This document shows, one piece after another, positions 55,832 through 64,000 of a stretch of 64,000 bases of DNA; within the stretch, counting starts at the first letter, position 1, and the number at the start of each line of letters is the position of its first letter. Location of the stretch: contig OZ240248.1 of the NCBI GenBank assembly GCA_965198235.1, positions 3,968,001 through 4,032,000 on the forward strand, given 5' to 3'. The stretch is from Candidatus Poribacteria bacterium (GTDB lineage: Bacteria > Poribacteria > WGA-4E > WGA-3G). A program made the translations under genes and the position numbers. The notes below the pieces were generated by a model, which saw only the letters and a list, made by a program, of their open reading frames with translations, did no database searches and was not told the DNA's origin.

Positions 55832-58246
55832 ATGAAGACACGTCTCCTTGAAAACCTCCTCGGTTGCGAAATAGAAGGGACGCTCGCGGCGATCTCATCA
55901 GACCCTGCGGCACTTGAAACTTTCCTTTCAGCACTTCCCACAGATACACTTGAAAACTACCTCACACCGCAATGGGTGGTGCTTGCTGCCGGTAAAGGCA
56001 CCCGTATTGACCCCAGTGGACGCTTGAGCAAGACGCTGGACATCATGTTTGGTGAGCAAAACACCCTCCAATACTCGCGACGTTACCTCCCCGGCACTCG
56101 TCCCGATATTGTTGTCATTAACTCACAGATGGCATCGACTCTTGAGAAAAACGGGTCTGCCGCGCAGTTACTGGGTCCCGATGTCGTTACGTGTATCCAA
56201 GAAGAAATGAACGGCACAGGGGGTGCGCTGCAAGCGGCACTGCCCGCACTCTACGAGTCTGACGCAGAATGGATCGGGGTGGCGTTCGGTGATGAACCGT
56301 TTTTGGATCGCGACATTTTCGCGCAGACGTTGCTCTCCCACTTCGTTTCTGGAGCGGATGTTACCCTCTGCGGCAAGATACCTGAAACGGTCATAGATAA
56401 GGGCGGACTCTTTTTCGATGAAGACGGTAACCTCACTGGAACCAAAGAGTGGTACGATATGACCGAAGCAGAGAAAACAGAGATGTGGGACCGGTGGCAT
56501 CGCGGTGAGGCGTATACCAATACGGGTATCACACTGATTCGGAAAAGCGCGTTGATAGCGCGGATACATCGGTTGCAACCCCACACAAACCGAAACGACG
56601 AACTCCACCACGTTGACCTCATTCGACATTGTTATGAAGACGGATTGAAAACGAACGCTTTTATCTACCGAGGGGAAGTGCTGTCAGGCGTTAACCGATG
56701 GTCGAACGTTCTATCGGGTGAAGCGGCACTGTTTGCAGAGACTCGAGAATCTCTCGCACGGAAAGGTGTTCGCGTTGACCCAGCGGCACAGATAACGTTG
56801 GGTAGTGAAGATATTGAGATCGGGACGGCATGCTACCTCCTCGGCAGGGTGCATCTCGGAGAAAAAGTTCGGATCGGGGATTACTGTCGGCTTGAAAACG
56901 TCACACTGCTCGGCGCGACAACGGTAGGAGATGCAGTGGGATTGCAGAATGTCACTGCAAACGATACAACGTTTGAATCGAATCCGATACCTGAAAGGTT
57001 AGCCGCACCCGTTCGGGGGCTTGCTACAGAGAGCACGATTGAAAATAGCACCTTTGATGTGGTGAATGTGGGGAACAACGTTCAATTTTCATCCATTGTT
57101 GCGCGTGGGACGGTGATCCCCTCTGACACTGTTTTGTCAAATCGGACACTCGGCGTTCCGCCAGCGCAATCCCCACCTGCGGTGCCGAAGTCACTTTTCG
57201 AGCAGATTGTAACAGCCGAATATAGCCCTGGGGTTTTCACCTTCGGGGAGAAAAAAGAGTTGCCAGATTGGGAAAACCTTCGGCGACATGTCCAATCCCA
57301 TAGTGCGACAGAATTGATTCCACGCGCAACACGTAACCCGCAACTGCAACAAGTCACGTGCGACACCGTAAAAACACTCCTGGATCTTCGACGCGCGAAT
57401 GGCGATTATCTTATCGAATCCCTCACACCAGAAGAACTCTGGGGCAGTGTCTTTGAGATGGTAACACTCCATACCGGCAATCCGAACCCCTACCACGACG
57501 ACAAACTGAAAGCACGACAGACTGCACTCACACTACTTCCAGAGTTTTGGAAAGACAACTGGCTCACCCGTTTAAAGTTGGTCGTCGCAGGCAATATTAT
57601 CGATTACAGCAGCGAACGGGTTGTCAAAAAATTGAAAGCCAATCCTGACTACTTTTCTGAATCGCTACGTGCGGCGGTTGACACATCTTTTTCTATCGAC
57701 TGTTATAAAGTGTTCTGTGAAAAGGTGATTGACGCAGCACCTCAGCAGATCCTCTGGCTTGCCGACAACGATGGAGAGGTGATTTTTGACATCGCCTTCA
57801 TTCAGGAACTCGTGAAGTACGGACACCGTATCGTTATTGTTGGGAAGGCGGACAACGCCAGTAACGATGCAACAGTGGCAGATTTACAGGAAATCGTGAA
57901 GTATCCGCAATTTCGAGAACTCCAGACAGCGATGCAGGAGGGTGTTATGAAACTCATATCATCAGGCGCAAAGACGATCGGGACGAATCTCTATCAGGGG
58001 ACTCCTGAATTTTTCAACGCGCTGTTGGAGGTAGACCTTGTTATTTCAAAAGGACAAGGGAACTTCTTTACAACACCCGGTTGGACAAAAGATACATTTT
58101 ACTTACTACTTTCCAAAGGTGTAACGGCGGAGCAGAGCACAGGCGTTGTCGCGGATCGGAATCTATTGATTGACGGGCTTATTCTATCTTACGTCCCGGG
58201 TGGGACAAAACGGGTTGCACCGCTTCGGGAACTTTGCGTTTTCTAA
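55832..58246 (+). CDS. GlmU-like nucleotidyltransferase/LbH domain fused to an ARMT1/DUF89 phosphatase-like domain
   Basis: VLAAGKGTR, NGTGGAL, hexapeptide-like region, then AGNIIDY, LADNDGE, NDAT, ISKGQGNF. Confidence 0.8.
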   Translation: MKTRLLENLLGCEIEGTLAAISSDPAALETFLSALPTDTLENYLTPQWVVLAAGKGTRIDPSGRLSKTLDIMFGEQNTLQYSRRYLPGTRPDIVVINSQMASTLEKNGSAAQLLGPDVVTCIQEEMNGTGGALQAALPALYESDAEWIGVAFGDEPFLDRDIFAQTLLSHFVSGADVTLCGKIPETVIDKGGLFFDEDGNLTGTKEWYDMTEAEKTEMWDRWHRGEAYTNTGITLIRKSALIARIHRLQPHTNRNDELHHVDLIRHCYEDGLKTNAFIYRGEVLSGVNRWSNVLSGEAALFAETRESLARKGVRVDPAAQITLGSEDIEIGTACYLLGRVHLGEKVRIGDYCRLENVTLLGATTVGDAVGLQNVTANDTTFESNPIPERLAAPVRGLATESTIENSTFDVVNVGNNVQFSSIVARGTVIPSDTVLSNRTLGVPPAQSPPAVPKSLFEQIVTAEYSPGVFTFGEKKELPDWENLRRHVQSHSATELIPRATRNPQLQQVTCDTVKTLLDLRRANGDYLIESLTPEELWGSVFEMVTLHTGNPNPYHDDKLKARQTALTLLPEFWKDNWLTRLKLVVAGNIIDYSSERVVKKLKANPDYFSESLRAAVDTSFSIDCYKVFCEKVIDAAPQQILWLADNDGEVIFDIAFIQELVKYGHRIVIVGKADNASNDATVADLQEIVKYPQFRELQTAMQEGVMKLISSGAKTIGTNLYQGTPEFFNALLEVDLVISKGQGNFFTTPGWTKDTFYLLLSKGVTAEQSTGVVADRNLLIDGLILSYVPGGTKRVAPLRELCVF

Positions 58247-58402
58247 TTTACCTTGCGGATAAGTGCCAGTGAAAAAACTGTGATAGTTCCCGTGTTCGAG
58301 TCGCCCTCCGCTACGCTTACGGGCTACGGGTTTTGGTTTAAGTTTCACTCTTAACCAGAAACCTGCGCGTAATGGAATGGAGCGCAGTCCAGGTCCCATA
58401 AA

Positions 58403-59728
58403 TTAAAAAACTTTTGAAATTGTGAATTCTCGTTTGCCCGAAGTAGGAAGTGGAATCTCTTCTACAAATTTTACCGTGACAATGACATCAGCACCGAGTG
58501 CCCCTTGAATTTTCTGAACCATGTAACGACGTGTTGCTTCTGTCCATTGTGTGTTAATAATCAGCTTCAAGACACAGTGTTTAAGGGTCTCTTGGATCAG
58601 CTGGAACTGCTCCACACCAATGACGTTATAGAACTGTTGTGTGAAGTAACCCCCGTGTATCAATGTCCCAGTTCTCGTTCGGAAGGTAGCCGTGCTACGT
58701 CCGAGCAGTTCCGCCAAGATAGGTAACTGATTCCCACATGGGCATATTTCATCGGAGAGACGGCCGATGTCTCCAATTCGATACCGAATAAACGGCATCG
58801 CGTAATTATTGAGTTGTGTAATTAAGATGTCTCCGGGTTTGGTATATGGATTGGGGCTGTCTATTTCAAGGTAGAGATCGTGGCAATTGATATGCATGCG
58901 TCCCTCTGCACATTCCATAGCAATCAATCCGACTTCGCGTCCTCCATAGCGGTTATAAACCCTCGTACTGAAAACGGTCTCAACTAAGGAGCGATAGTGC
59001 GAATGTAGCATCTCCGCTGAAGTAATAATCCCTTTTAAATCCCATTTAGGTGCCAAACCGTTTTCAAAAAGAAATGCAGCGAATTGGTAAAGCGATGAAG
59101 GATAGGCGAGAATTGTTTGTGGGGGGCATCTATCCATCTGCCGAAATGCTGTCCGCATCGTCGCGTCTGTGAGATGAAAACCATTGAGCCAGTAGTGATT
59201 CCGCCAGAAATTATTCAGCTGATACTTCCAATGTTCATCGCCTTCCAAGTCTGCGAGCGCACCCCAGATAATCAGTTGAGGTTCACCAAAATCCCAGCCT
59301 GCCCACCGATCAAAGTAGTAGACGCTTAAATTCCGCTGATTCCAATAACTTCTATCCTGATAGAAGGTAAGTGGTGCTCCTGTTGAGCCACCCGTAGCAT
59401 TCATTACACGTTGCTCTCGCGGAAACGCCTCAGAACAGAGACGCTCCAATTGCTCACGAATGTTCCTTTTCTCAAGGGGCGGAATTTGCGATATATGCGG
59501 GGACTCTATCTTGAACAATTCACGGTAGTAGGGTGTCGTCTGGTAAGCATGCCGGAGGAGTTTTTCTAATTGGTCCCTTTGGAACGCCAAGATGTCTTCG
59601 CGCGGCGCGTTCAGTAAGGCAGCCGTTTGTGAAAGTTGCGAACGGTAACTAACGCCTTTGCGGTAGGTATTATAGGCGTGCCACGCCACCTTCGATATGA
59701 ACTTTTTAGCAGTCTGACCGATTGGCAT
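58403..59728 (-). CDS. Phenylacetate-CoA ligase / CapK-like adenylate-forming protein
   Basis: TGGSTGAP, YGGREVG, MPFIRYRIGD, SGKR. Confidence 0.85.
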   Translation of the reverse strand: MPIGQTAKKFISKVAWHAYNTYRKGVSYRSQLSQTAALLNAPREDILAFQRDQLEKLLRHAYQTTPYYRELFKIESPHISQIPPLEKRNIREQLERLCSEAFPREQRVMNATGGSTGAPLTFYQDRSYWNQRNLSVYYFDRWAGWDFGEPQLIIWGALADLEGDEHWKYQLNNFWRNHYWLNGFHLTDATMRTAFRQMDRCPPQTILAYPSSLYQFAAFLFENGLAPKWDLKGIITSAEMLHSHYRSLVETVFSTRVYNRYGGREVGLIAMECAEGRMHINCHDLYLEIDSPNPYTKPGDILITQLNNYAMPFIRYRIGDIGRLSDEICPCGNQLPILAELLGRSTATFRTRTGTLIHGGYFTQQFYNVIGVEQFQLIQETLKHCVLKLIINTQWTEATRRYMVQKIQGALGADVIVTVKFVEEIPLPTSGKREFTISKVF

Positions 59729-59854
59729 GATGTTGGGTTCGTAGCCTTGAATGTCCGGACAAACTTAGGCATCCAAGAAGGGCTCCCTCCCACAAAAGTG
59801 CTTCGCGAGAATTGAGTAACTCTGTAAATCCATAATCAGACTCAGACTCTTGAA

Positions 59855-61342
59855 TTAAGACGATGGTCTCAGTGGATCAATATGTGGTGAATATCCTGAT
59901 GGAAACTGATCGCTCACGGAACGACCATCTTGAAAAAGTTGTCCGGCATCTGGATTTTCAGGCTCGACCGGCGATGGGAAATCGCGCCACTTATTGCCGT
60001 CAAGTGGAAGTTCGTAGCCATCCTCACGGAACCGGTCAATCAAGCGTTGTCGATAGGCGTTGAGAATTTTACCGTATGCGGGATTACCGGCAAGGCTTCG
60101 GTCATCAAGTCTTCCCGACAGATGTCTGAAAAGCCATTCCTTTCGATTAGCAGCAGAGTAGATATATTTATATTCCTCCGTCAAGAGCATATAGAGCCCT
60201 GTGCTTTCCTGTCCCAATTGTCCTACGATAGCTTCTCGCTGTGCATTACCGGCGGCAATATCGGCAAGATCAGTGCCACTCCGATCTGCCTGTAGGGGTA
60301 GGGCTGCTGCGCCGAGACAAGTTGGAAGGACATCAACCAGACTGGTCGGTGTGTCGCACTGCGCGTTTGCTGCAAATCGCTCGGGATAGCGGACAAGCAG
60401 CGGAATCCGAGCAGCCGCGTCCAAGAATGATCGTTTTCCGTAGCAGTCGTAGTCACCGAGCAATTCACCGTGATCGGACGTGTACAAGATTAGCGTGTTG
60501 TCCAATTCGTCCTCCGATTCGAGGTAGTCAAGGATTCGTCCGACCTGATAGTCGATGAAAGAGATCGCTGCGTAGTAAGCCGCTCGCATTGTCCGAAGAA
60601 GGTTCATATCCCGTCCTTGGTCCCGGTACTTATATCGATTTTGATGTCGGTTCCAGTAGGTATGCAGATGCTCATAATCCGCGGGCAGGAACGGCAATGG
60701 CATTTCGACTGTGCGGTAAAGTCGATTCCATGGCACCGGGGATTCAAACGGCGGATGTGGTTTGATAAAACTGCTCCAACACAGAAACGGACGCTGCGTA
60801 TCGCGCCCAGAGAGAAACGCCAGTGTTTTATCGCCTACCCACTGTGTGTGATGTAAACGGGCAGGCAATTGAGAAGGTTGTGGGATGTAGTAGTACTCAC
60901 TCCGTTCACCATGGGGTGCAACGACATGGTCATAACCATTTTCACCTAAAAACTCTGTGAAATCATCGGGACCCGGACCTTCCTCGGAGAAGTCTCGCGT
61001 TTCAAATCCCCACATCTTGCGTCCCTGCGGCGAAAAGTGCATTTTACCGATACCGTGTGTTTGGTAACCTGCTTCGTTGAGCATTTCCATCACTGAGACG
61101 CGGTCCTGCGGCATTGGCGAATTGCCCGTACACCCTGTTTCGTGTACCCACTGACCAAGCAGGAAACTACAACGAGAGGCTACACACACAGGGGATGGGC
61201 AGTACGCTGATGTAAAACTTGTTCCCTCCCGAACAATACGATTTAGTCCTGGGGTTTGAATGATCGGATTTCCAAGGGCACCGACCGTATCAAAACGTTG
61301 CTGATCCGTCATCAAAAAGATGATATTCGGTTGTTTCGCCAT
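59855..61342 (-). CDS. Sulfatase family hydrolase
   Basis: PNIIFLMTDQQR, CVASR, GKMH, PHPP, YTSDHG. Confidence 0.92.
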   Translation of the reverse strand: MAKQPNIIFLMTDQQRFDTVGALGNPIIQTPGLNRIVREGTSFTSAYCPSPVCVASRCSFLLGQWVHETGCTGNSPMPQDRVSVMEMLNEAGYQTHGIGKMHFSPQGRKMWGFETRDFSEEGPGPDDFTEFLGENGYDHVVAPHGERSEYYYIPQPSQLPARLHHTQWVGDKTLAFLSGRDTQRPFLCWSSFIKPHPPFESPVPWNRLYRTVEMPLPFLPADYEHLHTYWNRHQNRYKYRDQGRDMNLLRTMRAAYYAAISFIDYQVGRILDYLESEDELDNTLILYTSDHGELLGDYDCYGKRSFLDAAARIPLLVRYPERFAANAQCDTPTSLVDVLPTCLGAAALPLQADRSGTDLADIAAGNAQREAIVGQLGQESTGLYMLLTEEYKYIYSAANRKEWLFRHLSGRLDDRSLAGNPAYGKILNAYRQRLIDRFREDGYELPLDGNKWRDFPSPVEPENPDAGQLFQDGRSVSDQFPSGYSPHIDPLRPSS

Positions 61343-61633
61343 AGGGGTCGCGGTCCTTTTTTAAATGATTTGGTTTGTGTGTGAATATAGTAGGGATAGC
61401 ATACTACTTTTTCAAACAGAGCGCAATTAATATTTTAACTGGATATCCGTCAGAGGTATTCGGTTATTGGTTGTCAGTAGAATAGCCATCAGCGGTCAGG
61501 AAGTTAGCGACTGGGAAACCGCGCCTACCGGGATTGGGAAATCGGCAGGGTTACAAACCCCGCCAGCAGAGGAGAGTGCTTCTTCCTGGTCTTCGGTAGT
61601 GAGTCGGAATTCGGAGATTCTTCCCATTTCCTA

Positions 61634-61662
61634 TTGACATTCAGTCGTGGATGTAGTATCAT
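61634..61662 (+). promoter_or_regulatory. sigma70 promoter TTGACA-17-TATCAT
   Basis: Upstream of 61730. Confidence 0.7.
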
Positions 61663-61729
61663 TTAGGAAATACGGATTTTAATTCTCCATACGAGAATAG
61701 CGTCAAAATCATCAGAAACAGATAAACAG

Positions 61730-61927
61730 ATGCAGAAATGGTATGAAAACAGAAAACTTCTGAACACCTTCATCGTTTTGATGTGTGTCAGTTTTATCGC
61801 TTACTTTTTCTTTCACTGGAAATGGGGATTACCCCTATTCCTGTGCAGCGGCACAGCAATTATGGTGAGAGGTGTCGTAAAAATTACGATGCGAATGCGA
61901 AGCAGAAAAAGACGCAAGGAAAATTAG
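61730..61927 (+). CDS. Small two-TM membrane protein
   Basis: Two hydrophobic segments and a basic tail; 4 nt before the next gene. Confidence 0.55.
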   Translation: MQKWYENRKLLNTFIVLMCVSFIAYFFFHWKWGLPLFLCSGTAIMVRGVVKITMRMRSRKRRKEN

Positions 61928-61931
61928 AAAA

Positions 61932-62924
61932 ATGAAAAGACGAACGTTCATAAAACTGAGCGCGATTAGTGCAGCAGGAATGGTCCTGCCCCTTCAATTG
62001 GAAGGACACGCGGCAGCGATGCCACGACTCAAGCCGAGCACACTGATGACCCCGAATGCTGACTTCTATATCCTACAGATCGGCGATCCTGTTGAACTTG
62101 ACGCAGCGACATGGCGATTGCCAATCACCGGTCTCACCGAAAAACGGATACCACCGCTGCGACTTGAAGACATCACTACGATGGAGTCCGTCACGGCGAC
62201 GCGAACCTTGAAGTGTATCGGTGACCCGATCGGTACGGAACAGATGAGCAATGCGGTGTGGAAAGGGATTCGATTACGCGATCTGCTCGAGAAAGTCGGA
62301 CCAAAACCCGAAGTCAAAGTGGTCGTTTTCCGGTGTGCGGATGGTTACCATACTGCGACTCCTTTGGAAGACGCGATGGGTGAAGAGACGCTTCTCGCTT
62401 ATGAAATGAACGATGAACCGCTACCGACTGAGCACGGCTTCCCAGTCCGATTGCTCAACCCCGGTCATTACGGCACGAAAAATCCGAAATGGATAATCAA
62501 CATTCAGTTGGCGAAGGAACACGAAAGTTACTGGGAGAAACGGGGCTGGGATCCGATCGCGAATGTGAAACTCGCCACAATGATTGGAACACCGAGTGAA
62601 GGCGAGGAAATTCCCGGCGGCAAGGTTTACACAGTAAGCGGTGCGGCGTTCGATGCAGGCAACCACGGCGGCATCAAGAAGGTAGAAGTTAGTATCGACT
62701 ACGGACAGACATGGGAAGAAGCAGAAATTTGGGCGAAAGATACCCCACTTGCATGGGTGCTCTGGAAATGGAATTGGCAGGTTCCTGAGAAATCAGAGCC
62801 TGTTGAGATTTACGCGAGAGCCACCGCCAACAGTGGTGTTACGCAAGACGAAATCGGAATCGAAGTAGAACCAGTTGGCGCGACAGGCTATCATATAATC
62901 GACGCAGCGATTGTGATGCCATAG
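61932..62924 (+). CDS. Tat-exported molybdopterin oxidoreductase (sulfite oxidase family)
   Basis: KRRTFIK Tat motif, TLKC, AYEMNDEPLPTEHGFPVRL, YGTKNPKW, C-terminal dimerisation domain. Confidence 0.9.
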   Translation: MKRRTFIKLSAISAAGMVLPLQLEGHAAAMPRLKPSTLMTPNADFYILQIGDPVELDAATWRLPITGLTEKRIPPLRLEDITTMESVTATRTLKCIGDPIGTEQMSNAVWKGIRLRDLLEKVGPKPEVKVVVFRCADGYHTATPLEDAMGEETLLAYEMNDEPLPTEHGFPVRLLNPGHYGTKNPKWIINIQLAKEHESYWEKRGWDPIANVKLATMIGTPSEGEEIPGGKVYTVSGAAFDAGNHGGIKKVEVSIDYGQTWEEAEIWAKDTPLAWVLWKWNWQVPEKSEPVEIYARATANSGVTQDEIGIEVEPVGATGYHIIDAAIVMP

Positions 62925-62955
62925 CGTAGGAGGGGTTTTCAACCCCGATGCCTTA

Positions 62956-64000
62956 ATGCGCCTAAAACCGCTCCAACTACTCACCGTTTATCTGCCAGTC
63001 CTACTGATTGACTTTGCCTTTAGCAATATCCTAACCAATACCTCTTTTTATACCAGTCATTTAGGACTCTCCTCAACCTTCCTTGGCGTGTTGATGGCAG
63101 TAACCAACGGGATTTTCGCGCTGCTCGCGATCCCGTGTGGGAGACTCTCGGACCGGATAGAGCGTCGGTATATCCTTTACGCCGCGTGTCTGCTACTTAG
63201 TGCCGTCAGCATAGGACTCGCCCTTTGTCGAAATAGTGGACATCTAATGAGTGTCTTTCCCGGAATCGGTATCAGTATGGCACTCTTCTTTCCTGTTTAC
63301 GAGGCATGGCTCGCTGAACGGGAAGGCGAAGGCGAATTAATCCAAAGGATTATGCTCTTCAACCTATTCTGGAGCATCGGCATGACCTTGGGTCCGGCGT
63401 TCTCGAGTTATCTGTACGGCGAGGCAAACCCGTTTAGACCTTTCTACCTCGCCGGTGTCTTCGCTATACTCACCCTATTGACAATTTGGGCTTCTCGTAT
63501 TGCCAAATCCGACCCATCAAATCCGTCCGTCCACACAGATGAATCCGACCCGGAATCACCTGAGATACTGTATCCACCGCCACCTGTTCGGATGACTTAT
63601 CTCCATCTGGCTCGGTGTGCGAATTTCGTCTCGTGGTTCGCGCTTGGTGTCCTCCGCCAACTCGCGCCAAAACTTATGTTGGAGATGGGGATCCGTCCCA
63701 TAATATACGGTAACCTGATGTTGATCCTCGGTGGTGTGCAAACGTTGGCGTTCCTTGTCCTCGGGACAGGCTACTCGACGCGGTGGCATTATCGCTTTAG
63801 CCCGCTATTCATTGTTCAGGTGCTGGCAATTCTGAGTTTCCTCAGCATAGGACTCGCACAGCACATGATTCTCTGGGCTTTCGCTTTTCCGGTTATCGGT
63901 GTGTCTGTTGCGTTTACCTACTTCAGTAGTCTCTACTACGGGCTGGACCGGCATATGGATAAGGGGAATAAGAGCGGGTGGCACGAAGCCATATTAGGCG
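62956..64000 (+). CDS. MFS transporter (runs off the window end)
   Basis: MRLKPLQLLTVYLPVLLIDFAFSN..., motif A GRLSDRIERR, multiple TMs. Read manually; not in the ORF track. Confidence 0.8.
   Translation, partial: MRLKPLQLLTVYLPVLLIDFAFSNILTNTSFYTSHLGLSSTFLGVLMAVTNGIFALLAIPCGRLSDRIERRYILYAACLLLSAVSIGLALCRNSGHLMSVFPGIGISMALFFPVYEAWLAEREGEGELIQRIMLFNLFWSIGMTLGPAFSSYLYGEANPFRPFYLAGVFAILTLLTIWASRIAKSDPSNPSVHTDESDPESPEILYPPPPVRMTYLHLARCANFVSWFALGVLRQLAPKLMLEMGIRPIIYGNLMLILGGVQTLAFLVLGTGYSTRWHYRFSPLFIVQVLAILSFLSIGLAQHMILWAFAFPVIGVSVAFTYFSSLYYGLDRHMDKGNKSGWHEAILG

Noticed and set aside
1-64000. tRNA, rRNA, cas genes, integrase or transposase
   Set aside because: None recognised by eye; a covariance-model or HMM scan would be needed to exclude divergent cases.

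Overview
Bacterial chromosomal window of roughly 47-50% GC (eyeball estimate). The gene content points to Candidatus Poribacteria or a relative (inference): secreted proteins ending in a 'V[ED]xxGKxxxxW[AG]x[IL]K' tail, an ECF sigma fused to a BNR propeller, PhyH dioxygenase, sulfatase and LamG protein. Positions 1-23 kb hold a minus-strand envelope/export cluster: two DUF4252-POTRA-Omp85-like paralogs, a PA14 protein, ABC exporters, a MacB-type permease, TolC, a coiled-coil/Ig-repeat protein, the ECF-propeller fusion and several gene remnants. Positions 23-47 kb hold metabolic genes (argB, comEC, BatD/TPR, GlmL-like, oxidoreductases) and three tandem secreted paralogs, each with its own near-consensus promoter. 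Positions 47.7-55.8 kb hold a type I R-M locus (hsdR frameshifted) with a five-gene toxin-antitoxin-like cassette between hsdS and hsdM, followed by a GlmU-like/ARMT1 fusion. The most notable non-coding signals are: (i) an orphan, promoter-equipped single-spacer CRISPR-like mini-array at 34185-34282 with no cas genes in the window; (ii) a nested hierarchy of MITEs, GTAG-type REP hairpins and 20-35 nt micro-insertions that insert into REP loops and into themselves; (iii) a MITE inserted in frame into a signal peptide. No tRNA or rRNA was recognised. All protein family calls come from motif recognition, not database searches.
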